Part shown: piece by piece, positions 39,147 to 48,025 of the stretch
Layout of the letters: every line of letters starts with the position of its first letter
Numbering within the stretch: the stretch's first letter is position 1
From: Myxococcota bacterium
GTDB lineage: Bacteria > Myxococcota_A > UBA796 > CAJQPC01
Length of the DNA: 64,000 nt
NCBI GenBank assembly: GCA_036229005.1
Contig: JAZAMN010000031.1
Location: 96,001 to 160,000, forward strand
Direction: 5' to 3'
Notes under the pieces: generated by a model
Told to the model about the DNA's origin: nothing
The model's database searches: none
The model's input: only the letters and a program-made list of their open reading frames with translations
Made by a program: the position numbers and the translations under genes

Positions 39147-39236
39147 GGGGACTCCTGGTGTGGGATTCTGGCGACCCCCGTAACCGCGGGAGCACCCCCG
39201 GCATACCCGAGCCCGAACCACCCCCTGGAGTCCCCC

Positions 39237-40028
39237 ATGCTCATGCTCGCCCTGATCGCCTGCGGCCCCGACGGCTACGACATCGACACTTGGAACAGCC
39301 CCCTGGCCCAACAGGCCGCCGAGCCCGGTGACGCCGCCCGCGGAGAGGAGATCTACTTCAACGAGCACTGGGAGGACGCGTCCTACGGGCTGACCTGCGT
39401 GAGCTGCCACAGCGCGGACCCCGGCGACAGCCTGGCCGACGACGCCGACGACTACACCCGCCCCGCCCACACCACCTGGAACGCCGCCTACCGCGAGACC
39501 TGGAAGGCCAGCCACCCCTGGGACCGCGAGGACAGCGACGTCAACGGCGCCTACGGGGGGCAGGTCTGCGTGCGGGCCTACTTCCCCGCGGGCTCGGCCA
39601 TGACCGCCCAGCAGGCCGCCGACCTGGAGGCGTGGATGCGGGACAACCGGGACGCCGACAACAGCGCGGAGACAGCGAGCGAGCTGGACTATGGCTTCAC
39701 ATCCTGGGACACCCAGGAGGACTTCATCGCCAGCCTGGACGACGGAGCGGGCGGGGTGCTCGCCGGCGAGGACATCGGGGATCCCAGCGCCGGCGAGGCC
39801 AAGACCCTGCAGTACTGCGGGAGCTGCCACAGCCAGGACGGCGCCACGGTCACCCTCTACAGCGTGGGCAACCTGGACGCCGTCGCGCTGACCCAGCGCA
39901 TCCGAAAGGTCGAGATCGATGGCGTCGAGGCGCCCAACGACCGTATGCCCCGGGTGCCGGAGGACCGCCTCTCCGATGAGGACCTGGCGGACATCCTTGC
40001 CTTCCTCACCACCCCGGACCAGACGTGA
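39237..40028 (+). CDS. Di-heme c-type cytochrome lipoprotein
   Basis: SD GGAG; MLMLALIAC; RGE-CVSCH; GE-CGSCH; MP-LSDEDL-I-AFL. Confidence 0.75.
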   Translation: MLMLALIACGPDGYDIDTWNSPLAQQAAEPGDAARGEEIYFNEHWEDASYGLTCVSCHSADPGDSLADDADDYTRPAHTTWNAAYRETWKASHPWDREDSDVNGAYGGQVCVRAYFPAGSAMTAQQAADLEAWMRDNRDADNSAETASELDYGFTSWDTQEDFIASLDDGAGGVLAGEDIGDPSAGEAKTLQYCGSCHSQDGATVTLYSVGNLDAVALTQRIRKVEIDGVEAPNDRMPRVPEDRLSDEDLADILAFLTTPDQT

Positions 40029-41443
40029 ACACCCTCTCCACCGACGTCGCCATCCTCGGAGCCGGCACCGCCGGCCTCAACGCCCGCCGCGGCGCCGAAG
40101 CCCGCGGGGCCCGCGCCGTGATGGTGGATCCCGGCCCCTTCGGGACCACCTGCGCCCGGGTGGGCTGCATGCCCTCCAAGCTGCTGATCGCCGCCGCCGA
40201 GCGCGCCCACTCCGCCCAGGAGGCCGCGCCCTTCGGCGTCCAGATCCCCCAGGTGCGCGTGGACGGCCCCGCCGTGATGCGCCGGGTGCAGGCCGAGCGG
40301 GACCGCTTCGTGGGCTTTGTGCTGGAGGCCATCGACGAGCACCTGGAGGCCGGCCGGCTGATCAAGGGCCGCGCCCGCTTTGTGGGGCCCAACACCCTGC
40401 AGGTGGACGAACACACCCAGCTCACCTTCCGCTCCGCCGTCATCGCCACGGGCACCACCCCTTTCGTGCCGCCGCCCTTTCGCGGCCTGGGCGACGCGCT
40501 GATCGACAACAGCGGCATCTTCGAGCTCCCCGACCTCCCCGAGTCCGTGCTCGTGGTGGGCGCCGGCGTCATCGGCCTGGAGCTGGGGCAGGCGCTGCAC
40601 CGCCTGGGGGTGCGCGTGACCATCGTGGGCCTGGGCGGCCAGATCGGCCCCCTCAGCGACCCCAAGGTGCTGCAGGTCGCCCGCGAGGTCTTCTCCCAGG
40701 AGCTGGACCTGCGCCCCGACTATCAGCTCGAGTCCATCACTCGGCTGCCCGACGGCCAGGTCGAGATGCGCGCCGACGGCCGCGTGGACCGCTACCAGCG
40801 CGTGCTCATCGCCTCCGGTCGCCTCCCCAACCTGGGCAACCTGGGCCTGGAGGAGGTGTTCGGCTGGGACCCCAAGGCCCTGCCCCCCGTGGACCCGCGC
40901 ATGGGGCAGATCGGCGACAGCCACATCTTCCTGGGCGGCGACGTCAGCAGCTTCCGCCCCCTGCTCCACGAGGCCGCCGACGAGGGCCGCATCGCCGGTG
41001 AGAACGCCGGGCGCTACCCCGCCATCGAGGCCCGCCCCCGCCGCACCGCCCTGGGCGTGGTGTTCACCGACCCCCAGATCGCCGTGGTCGGCAAGCCCTA
41101 CAGCCAGACCGGGGCCTGCGGCTGCTGCGCCGGCGAGGTCGACTACAGCCGCCAGGGCCGCGCCCGGGTCATGGGCCGGAACAAGGGCTGGGTGCGCATC
41201 TACGCCGAGTGCGACCAGGGCGTGCTCCAGGGCGCCGAGATGTTCGGCCCCGACGTCGAGCACACCGCCCACCTGCTGGCCTGGGCCATCCAGCGCCGCC
41301 TGAGCGTCCACGAGGCCCTGGAGCTGCCCTTCTACCACCCCGTCGTCGAAGAGGGCATCCGCACCGCGCTGCAGGACCTCCGCAAGAACCTGCACTTCCG
41401 CGCCCGCACCCCCGGCTGCGCGGACACCAGGGGGCTTCTGTAG
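40025..41443 (+). CDS. lpd: Dihydrolipoamide dehydrogenase-like flavoprotein disulfide reductase
   Basis: GAGTAG, GTTCARVGCMPSK, GAGVIGLE, FTDPQ, YHPVVEE. Confidence 0.85.
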   Translation: MNTLSTDVAILGAGTAGLNARRGAEARGARAVMVDPGPFGTTCARVGCMPSKLLIAAAERAHSAQEAAPFGVQIPQVRVDGPAVMRRVQAERDRFVGFVLEAIDEHLEAGRLIKGRARFVGPNTLQVDEHTQLTFRSAVIATGTTPFVPPPFRGLGDALIDNSGIFELPDLPESVLVVGAGVIGLELGQALHRLGVRVTIVGLGGQIGPLSDPKVLQVAREVFSQELDLRPDYQLESITRLPDGQVEMRADGRVDRYQRVLIASGRLPNLGNLGLEEVFGWDPKALPPVDPRMGQIGDSHIFLGGDVSSFRPLLHEAADEGRIAGENAGRYPAIEARPRRTALGVVFTDPQIAVVGKPYSQTGACGCCAGEVDYSRQGRARVMGRNKGWVRIYAECDQGVLQGAEMFGPDVEHTAHLLAWAIQRRLSVHEALELPFYHPVVEEGIRTALQDLRKNLHFRARTPGCADTRGLL

Positions 41444-41470
41444 CGCGCCTGCGGGTGTTAGACAGAGGGG

Positions 41471-43327
41471 GTGAACTCCCGTCAGCTCCCCCTCCGTCTG
41501 CTCGCAGCCCTCCCCCTGGTCCTGCTCCCCATCGGCCTCGCCGCCAAGGCCGCCCCCAGCGGCGTCTGGACCCGCATCCCCGGCGCCCCCGACCACATGG
41601 CCACCTGGTCCATGGTCTACCTGGACGCGCTGGGCCAGGGCAGCCCACAGCTCTACAGCGTCACCCACGCCGGCCCGGCCTATGGCTGGACCTGGGAAGA
41701 GGGCGCCTTCCGCGCGCTGGAGCAGACCCCCTGGGGCGAGATCAAGGGCGACCGCCACGCCGTGACCCCCTGCGACATCGACCGGGACGGTGACCTGGAC
41801 CTGATCCAGGCCTGGGGCGGCGGAAAGGGCGGCGGCGGAGAGGGCGCGCGGGTCCTGCTCCGGGAGGGAGAGGGCTATGAGCGCGTGTTCATCCCGGGGA
41901 CCACCGCTCTGAGGATGCGGGGCGCCTCCTGCCTGGACGTGGACTTTGATGGCACCGTCGAGGTCTATCTGCCCGGTCACGGCACCTCTGCCGCCGACCA
42001 GCTCTACAGCGTGGCCTTCTCGGCCCAAGGCGGCCTGGACTTCGTGGAGCGGAGCCAGCAGTTTGGCCTCGCTCGGGGGGAGAGCACCTACGGGGGTCTG
42101 TTCGGGGACCTGGACTCGGACGGTGATCTCGACCTGTTGAGGCTCCAGGAGGGCGCCGCTGTCCTCCTCCTGCAGCAGGACGGGCGCTTCTCCGAGGCCC
42201 CCTGGCAGCCCGACCAGAAGCGCGTGCGGGACATCGCGCTGGACGACGTCAACGGCGACGGGCACCTGGACATCCTGCTGGGACGGGCCGGCTACTTTGG
42301 CGACGCGGCCGGGGACGGTGGGGCCTTCCTGCGCCTGGACTCCGGAGACAGCGACAGCCTGGTCTGGCGGGTCCCCGAGCAGTGCACAATGGTGCGGGCC
42401 GAGGCCAACGGCACCTTCGCGGGCAAGCCGGCCCTGATCACCCTGCCCGACGGGAGCCGGGACAAGCGGGTCTACCTGCGCATGGACCAGAGCGCCCTGG
42501 AGACCCAGCCCGAGCAGAACCAGGGGCTGCTGCTGTGGACCACCCCCGAGCTCGGCCTGCTGCACCTGAGCGCACAGGGCGTGAAGGGCCGGGTGCAGCT
42601 CGGCGTGGACTGCCCCAAGGAGGGCGGCCTGCGCCCCGAGCTGGTGCACGCCGACATCGACACCCGCAAGCCCATGGAGGTCGCCGACCGGCTCTACCTG
42701 GGGGACGGCCAGGGGGGCTTCACCGAGCACCCGCTGCCCCCTGAGATCGCCGCGCTGGAGACCCAGGACCTGCTGCTCCTGGACGTGGATCTGGACGGCG
42801 ACCTGGACCTGTTCATCGTCAGCGAGAACGCCCCGGGCACCTACGACAACCAGCCGGACATGCTGCTGCTCAATGACGGCGCGGGCGGCTTCTCTCCGGC
42901 CCCGGGCTTCCCCACCGAGGGCCCGCAGGAGGACCTGTACGGCCACACCGTGCTCCCCCTGGACCTGAGCGGCGACCGCTACCCTGAGCTGCTGGTCTCC
43001 AACGGCGAGTACCTGGGCCCTCTGGCCGGCACCCCCGCGCTCTGGCTCAACCCCGGTGGCACCAACCACTGGCTGCAGGTGGACGCCCGGGACGCGGACG
43101 GACACCCCGCCCTGCACGCCCGGGTCACCGTCATCGCCGGGGGCCGCAGACAGACCCGCAGCAGCAACCCCTTCCCAGACTTCCGCAACCACAGCGCGGG
43201 CGTGGCGACCACCTTTGGGCTGGGAGACGCCAGCCGCGCCAAGGTCATCGTGGAGTGGCCAGACGGCAGCCGCCGGGTGAAGCGCTTCGTGACCGCCGAC
43301 CAGGTCCTCACCGTGGAGCACCCGTGA
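41471..43327 (+). CDS. FG-GAP/VCBS repeat protein with ASPIC/UnbV-like C-terminus
   Basis: Repeats D-D-DGD-D; NHWLQV-ARVTV-FGLG-V-WPDG. Confidence 0.75.
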   Translation: MNSRQLPLRLLAALPLVLLPIGLAAKAAPSGVWTRIPGAPDHMATWSMVYLDALGQGSPQLYSVTHAGPAYGWTWEEGAFRALEQTPWGEIKGDRHAVTPCDIDRDGDLDLIQAWGGGKGGGGEGARVLLREGEGYERVFIPGTTALRMRGASCLDVDFDGTVEVYLPGHGTSAADQLYSVAFSAQGGLDFVERSQQFGLARGESTYGGLFGDLDSDGDLDLLRLQEGAAVLLLQQDGRFSEAPWQPDQKRVRDIALDDVNGDGHLDILLGRAGYFGDAAGDGGAFLRLDSGDSDSLVWRVPEQCTMVRAEANGTFAGKPALITLPDGSRDKRVYLRMDQSALETQPEQNQGLLLWTTPELGLLHLSAQGVKGRVQLGVDCPKEGGLRPELVHADIDTRKPMEVADRLYLGDGQGGFTEHPLPPEIAALETQDLLLLDVDLDGDLDLFIVSENAPGTYDNQPDMLLLNDGAGGFSPAPGFPTEGPQEDLYGHTVLPLDLSGDRYPELLVSNGEYLGPLAGTPALWLNPGGTNHWLQVDARDADGHPALHARVTVIAGGRRQTRSSNPFPDFRNHSAGVATTFGLGDASRAKVIVEWPDGSRRVKRFVTADQVLTVEHP

Positions 43328-43635
43328 ACCTGAGCCCCACCCACCAGGCCCGCTTTGACGCCCTGCTGGTGGCCCCCCTGGAGTCCAACCGCAAGGTCAA
43401 GCGCGGGCTGGAGGCCTTCGTGAAGGGCCTGCCCGACAGCGAGCAGCGCCGCGTCGCCCAGGGCGCACTGGACCTGGTCGACTGCCTGGAGCGCAAGACC
43501 TCGCCGCTCTACGTGCGCCTGACCCACGCCTGCGCCGCCTTCGTCCAGGAGGTCGCCGACCCCGCCCCCTGCCTGGAGGTCGTCAACAGCGTGGCCCGTC
43601 AGTGCAAGCGCTTCGAGCGGGTGCTCCCCGAGTGA
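43324..43635 (+). CDS. Small hypothetical protein
   Basis: GTGA overlaps at both ends; typical codon usage. Confidence 0.55.
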   Translation: MNLSPTHQARFDALLVAPLESNRKVKRGLEAFVKGLPDSEQRRVAQGALDLVDCLERKTSPLYVRLTHACAAFVQEVADPAPCLEVVNSVARQCKRFERVLPE

Positions 43636-45263
43636 CCGGTCCCGGCCGCACCCAGCTCCTGGCCCTTGCGGCGGTGCTCCTGCTCCTGCCGATGCTGCTG
43701 GCGTGGCCCCTGCCCCAGGTCTTCGCGACCGAGGTCCTCACCCACCCCGAGCGCGAGGCCGCCGCGCACATCTGGGGCTTGTGGGCAGGCGGGCACCTGG
43801 GCCAGCCCCTGCTCGTCCAGACCTCCGCGACCGGCTACCCCGACGGCTTCTCCCTGGTGCTCGTCGACCCCGGGCAGCTCCCCCTCTACTGGCTCTTTGG
43901 CTGGATCTCCCCCGCCGCCGGCTACAACGGCCTGATCTGGGGCAACCTGGTCCTGGCGGGGGTCTCCGGCGCGCTCCTGGCCCACCGCCAGCGGGCCTCA
44001 TTGCCCCTGGGCGCCGCCCTCGCGATGGCCTGCCCCACCCTGCTGGCCTCCACCGCCGAGGGCACCACCGAAGACTTCGCCGCCCCCTGGGTCCTGCTCC
44101 AGCTCGTCCTGCTCCTGCGGCTGGTCGACAAGCCCTCCACCGGGCGCTTGCTGTCCTTCGCCCTGGCCTTCGCGTGGACCTCCTGGTGCGGGCCCTACAA
44201 CGCCGTGTGGTCCGCGTTCGTGGACGGCGCCATCGGGGTTGGGCTCCTGCTCCAGAGGCGCTGGCGGCCCGCCGGATTCGCGGTCGCGGGCGCTGGACTC
44301 GGTGGCCTGCTCATCCTCCCCCAGCTCTGGTCCCTGGGGCAGCGCAGCCCTGGACTCCCGGGCACTTCGGAGCGGGCAGGTCTCCCGGAGGTGTTCGAAT
44401 CGGCCTCCTTTCGCGGGGGACTGCACCACGGCGCCGACTTGATGGACCCCCTCGTGCCGGGGCTTCTGACCACCGGCGAGGGCATCGTCTCGCACACCGC
44501 CTACCTGGGGCTCGCGGCCGTCCTGCTGGCGGGCTGGGCCGTCGCCCAGGACCGCCGCCTCTGGCCCTGGCTGGTGGGCGCGCTGCTGATGTCCTCGCTG
44601 TCGCTGGGGCCCTACCTGTACTTCAAGGGCCAGGTTGTCGAGGCGTTGGGCCACATCGCCTTGGGGCCCGCTGGATTCCTCATGCAGGCCCTCCCTCCCC
44701 TGGCGCGCCTGACCCGCTGGTACCGGGCAGGGGCCGTGGCGAGCTTCCTGCTGATCGTCCCCCTGCTGGAGCTGGCCAAGGGAGCCCGCTGGCGCGCCCC
44801 GGTGATCGCGGCGTTGATCCTGGCGGATCTCCTCTTCTCCGCGCCGCTGCAGTGGCCCCTGCACCACCACCCTCTGCCCACCGCCCTGCCCCCGGGGGGG
44901 CCCCTGCTGGAGTTCCCGGCCTTCACCACCATGACCCCGCCTCCGGGGAGCTGGCGGGACCACAGCGCCCTGTCCCAGACCCAGCACGGCCGGCCCATCC
45001 CGGGGACCTTCATGGAGGCGCCCGGGAGAGAGGCCTCCGCGGCCATCCGCCACACCCAGGAGCTCGCGCTGCGCGGCAGCCTCCCCGCGTCCGCCATCCG
45101 CAAGCTGCGCGCCCAGGGCTGGGAGGCGCTGGTGGTGCACCCCGACCTGCTGCCCCCGCACTCGGGCTGGGAGCGCACTCTGAGCTGTCTGGGAGAGCCC
45201 ACCCTGCGCGCGGACGACGCGGTGCTCTACTCGCTGGAGGCGCTGGAGTCCTGCACCCGATAA
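43632..45263 (+). CDS. Polytopic membrane protein, possibly GT-C/YfhO-like
   Basis: More than 10 hydrophobic segments; GYPDG, YN, AYLG, SLGP, Q-HGRP. Confidence 0.55.
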   Translation: MTGPGRTQLLALAAVLLLLPMLLAWPLPQVFATEVLTHPEREAAAHIWGLWAGGHLGQPLLVQTSATGYPDGFSLVLVDPGQLPLYWLFGWISPAAGYNGLIWGNLVLAGVSGALLAHRQRASLPLGAALAMACPTLLASTAEGTTEDFAAPWVLLQLVLLLRLVDKPSTGRLLSFALAFAWTSWCGPYNAVWSAFVDGAIGVGLLLQRRWRPAGFAVAGAGLGGLLILPQLWSLGQRSPGLPGTSERAGLPEVFESASFRGGLHHGADLMDPLVPGLLTTGEGIVSHTAYLGLAAVLLAGWAVAQDRRLWPWLVGALLMSSLSLGPYLYFKGQVVEALGHIALGPAGFLMQALPPLARLTRWYRAGAVASFLLIVPLLELAKGARWRAPVIAALILADLLFSAPLQWPLHHHPLPTALPPGGPLLEFPAFTTMTPPPGSWRDHSALSQTQHGRPIPGTFMEAPGREASAAIRHTQELALRGSLPASAIRKLRAQGWEALVVHPDLLPPHSGWERTLSCLGEPTLRADDAVLYSLEALESCTR

Positions 45264-45287
45264 GCCCACCCCAAATGGAGCTTTGCC

Positions 45288-45716
45288 ATGTTTGCCTTGT
45301 TTGTCTTGTCCATCGCCTGCGGCGCCCCTGACGCCCCGGCTGCCAGCAGCAGCGCCCCGAGCAGCGAGCCGGCCGCGGCGCAATCGGTCGAGAGCCTGAT
45401 CCCTGGCGGCCAGCGGATCGACGACAAGCTGGTCGTCGGCGGTCAGCCCAGCCAGGACGCCCTCCAGGCCTACAAGGACGCCGGGTTCACCACCATCATC
45501 AACCTGCGCACCCCCGGCGAGATGCGCTTTGACGAGGCCGGCGTGGTCCAAGGGCTCGGCATGACCTACGTGAACATCCCCGTGGGCGGCGCCTCGGACA
45601 TCAACCCGGAGAACGCCGCCAAGGTGCAGGAGCTGATCGCCAGCTCCCAGGGCCAGGTCCTCCTGCACTGCGCCAGCGGCAACCGGGTGGGCCAGCTCCG
45701 CGCGGTCATGAACTGA
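45288..45716 (+). CDS. Lipoprotein with DUF442/BLH (sulfurtransferase/PTP-like) domain
   Basis: LSIAC; GGQP, GF-TIINLR-E, G-Y-IPV, HCASGNR. Confidence 0.8.
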   Translation: MFALFVLSIACGAPDAPAASSSAPSSEPAAAQSVESLIPGGQRIDDKLVVGGQPSQDALQAYKDAGFTTIINLRTPGEMRFDEAGVVQGLGMTYVNIPVGGASDINPENAAKVQELIASSQGQVLLHCASGNRVGQLRAVMN

Positions 45717-45723
45717 GGCTGCG

Positions 45724-46302
45724 ATGACCCTGCTCCCCCTGCTGCTCGCGTGCTCGGACCCGGTGACCTCGCCTGGGTCCGATGGCGTGGACAGCGGCGG
45801 GGGCCAGGATTCGGTGGGGTGGGCCACGCTGCACGGCGAGCCCATCAGCCCCGCCATCCCCCTGCCGGACTTTGACGGCGTCCGGGACTCCAGCGGTGCG
45901 GTCGTCGGCCCCGAGGACCTGAAGGGACACGCCACGGTGATGTGGTTCTACCCGGCAGCGGGGACCTACGGCTGAACGGCCGAAGGTTGCGGGTACCGCG
46001 ACCTCTACGCAGACTTTCAGGCCCTGGGCGTCGAGATCATCGGCGTGAGCTTCGACACGCCCCAGGACAACGCCGGCTTCATCCAGGCGGAGGGCTTCCA
46101 GTACGCGCTGTGGAGCGACCTGGAGCGGGAGCTGGCGCTGGTCTACGGCGCGGCCGACAGCGCGGATCAGGCCAGAGCGGACCGCCGAACGGTGCTCCTG
46201 GATGCCCAAGGCGCCGCGATCCTGCGCTACAGCCCCGGTCTCAGCGTCGGCGCACACCCCCAGGAAGTGCTGGAGGACTGCCAAGCGCTGTTTGGGGACT
46301 GA
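45724..46302 (+). CDS. Selenocysteine-containing BCP/PrxQ peroxiredoxin lipoprotein (in-frame TGA 45973-45975 = U84)
   Basis: WFYPAAGTYG-TGA-TAEGC-YRD-GVEIIGVSFD-RRTVLLD is one frame; TGA sits at the PxxxTxxC Cys position. Confidence 0.85.
45984..46004 (+). promoter_or_regulatory. Bacterial SECIS-like hairpin
   Basis: AGGTTGCGG-GTA-CCGCGACCT, 9-bp stem with one GU pair, starting 9 nt after TGA; loop G at +18. Confidence 0.7.
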
Positions 46303-46409
46303 GCGCCCAGCCGACCGAGCGGACCTGTCCCCCCAGCGTTTCAGAGCTGTCACAGCCGGGCCCGACTTTGGTGAGCAGACTCTCCGCTCACCCAAGCCTG
46401 GAGCTCCCC

Positions 46410-46508
46410 ATGTACGACCCGATGGTCCTTGTCGACTGCATGCTGCGCCCTGGCTTTGCTGAGATCGAGCTGGTCTCCAATCCGACCCTGACCGGACGGA
46501 CCGCCTAG
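46410..46508 (+). CDS. 32-aa small ORF / possible leader peptide
   Basis: GGAGCTCCCC-ATG start context matches other genes in the window; MYDPMVLVDCMLRPGFAEIELVSNPTLTGRTA. Confidence 0.4.
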   Translation: MYDPMVLVDCMLRPGFAEIELVSNPTLTGRTA

Positions 46509-46601
46509 CCAGGCCGCACAGCCCCGCGGTCCCCGACCGCCCGCCGCCGGAGCCGAGCGCGCTCCGCCTGCCCCAGCTCCATCGAACACTGGAGGTGTGC
46601 C

Positions 46602-47990
46602 GTGTCGGCACGCCATGGCAGCAGCCTGCTGCCCGTACATCGCGAAATTTCCGTCTCCGACGTCTTCATCCTCGCCTGGCCGATCATGGTCAGCATGCTC
46701 TCCCGCACCGCCATGACCACGGCGGACTCCCTGTTCGTGGGCCAGCTCGGCACCACGCCCATGGCCGCCGTGGGCCTGGGCGGCGTGGCCACCTGGTTCG
46801 GCCTCTCCTTCGGGATGGGCCTGCTGTCCTCGGTACAGGTCTCCGTCGCAAAGCGTGTGGGTGCCGCCCGCTTCGAGGTGGTGCGCCGCCTGCTGTGGCA
46901 GGGCCTCTGGCTCGCTCTGGCTGTCGGCGTCCCCGTGGCGCTCGCCGGCTACAGCGGTCCCCTGCTCTTCCCCCTGATGGGCGCGGGCCCCGAGGCCACG
47001 GAGCTGGCCAGCAGCTACTTCTCGATCACTATGCTGGGCGCGCCCCTGACCTTCGTGAACGTGGCCCTGATGGGCTGGTTCCAGGGCCGCGGGGACACGC
47101 GCACGCCCATGGTCGCCACGGTGGGCGCCAACCTGCTGAACATCGCCCTGGACCCCCTGTTCATCTTTGGGTGGGGGCCCGTCCCGGCCGGTGGGATGCC
47201 CGGCGCGGCCATCGCGACGGTGCTCTCGGTGGGCGTGTCCGTGGCCTTCCTGGCCTGGCGGGCCTGGCCCATGGCCGGCGCCCTGGTGCGTCCCATCCCC
47301 GCCCTGCTGCGCTCCATGTGGCGGGTCGGGTTCCCGGTGGGCGTGCAGTGGACCCTGGATGTCGCCAGCTTCCTGGCCTTCGTGTCCGTGCTCGCGCACG
47401 CCGGAGAGGCCCACCTCGCCGCCCACGTGATCGCCATCCGCATCGTCTCGATCAGCTTCCTGCCGGGCCACGCCGCGGGGGAGGCCGCCGGGGTGATGGT
47501 GGGGCAGGCCCTGGGCTCCAAGCGTCCCGAGAAGGCGCGCGAGGCCTGGCGGGCCGGGACCCGACTGGCGGTGCTGGTCATGGCCAGCGCGTCCCTGTTC
47601 TTTGTCATCTCCCCCACCACCCTGGTGTCCCTGTTCGGCGCCGAAGAGCAGGTGCTCTACATCGGCGGCAGCCTCGTGCTCGTGGCCGCGGGCTTCCAGA
47701 TCTTCGACGGCGTCGCGATGGTGGCGCTCTCCGCACTGCGCGGGGCCGGGGACACGCGCTGGCCCATGGTCGTGTGCGCCCTCAGCTCCTGGCTGATCAA
47801 GATCCCCGCGGGGGTCCTGTTGGCCCTGCCCCTGGGTCTGGGCGCGGCCGGCGCCTGGATGGGGCTGACGGTGGAGATCGCGGTGCTCGCGGCCCTCGCG
47901 GTCTGGCGGATCCAGGGCACGCGCTGGCTGACGGTGTCCTCGCCGGCGCCCAGAAAGCGCACCCGAGTGAAGGCGGTAGCCGCCGCGTGA
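46602..47990 (+). CDS. MATE family efflux transporter
   Basis: SD GGAGGT; LAWP, D-FVGQLG-AAVG, G-GDTRTP, NIALDPLFIFG, FQIFDG, LRGAGDT. Confidence 0.9.
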   Translation: MSARHGSSLLPVHREISVSDVFILAWPIMVSMLSRTAMTTADSLFVGQLGTTPMAAVGLGGVATWFGLSFGMGLLSSVQVSVAKRVGAARFEVVRRLLWQGLWLALAVGVPVALAGYSGPLLFPLMGAGPEATELASSYFSITMLGAPLTFVNVALMGWFQGRGDTRTPMVATVGANLLNIALDPLFIFGWGPVPAGGMPGAAIATVLSVGVSVAFLAWRAWPMAGALVRPIPALLRSMWRVGFPVGVQWTLDVASFLAFVSVLAHAGEAHLAAHVIAIRIVSISFLPGHAAGEAAGVMVGQALGSKRPEKAREAWRAGTRLAVLVMASASLFFVISPTTLVSLFGAEEQVLYIGGSLVLVAAGFQIFDGVAMVALSALRGAGDTRWPMVVCALSSWLIKIPAGVLLALPLGLGAAGAWMGLTVEIAVLAALAVWRIQGTRWLTVSSPAPRKRTRVKAVAAA

Positions 47991-48025
47991 AACAAAGGCT
48001 TGTAGGAGGGGGTTAGCTTGGGTGC

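Noticed and set aside
24604..43321. Very long minus-strand ORFs (24604-28077, 31700-35668, 39857-43321) and similar overlapping ORFs
   Set aside because: Stop-poor shadow frames expected from high GC3; they have no motifs and lie opposite well-supported genes.
45724..46302. Peroxiredoxin as a nonsense pseudogene or two genes
   Set aside because: The only stop is TGA exactly at the catalytic Cys, with a hairpin downstream and intact motifs on both sides.
45942..46409. 188-aa ORF 45942-46508 as one gene
   Set aside because: It overlaps the peroxiredoxin out of frame; only the last 32 codons have an SD-supported start.
46440..46520. TPP riboswitch (GCTGAGA...ACCCTGA)
   Set aside because: Lacks the GAACCUGAU...UAAU...GCGNAGGGA core.
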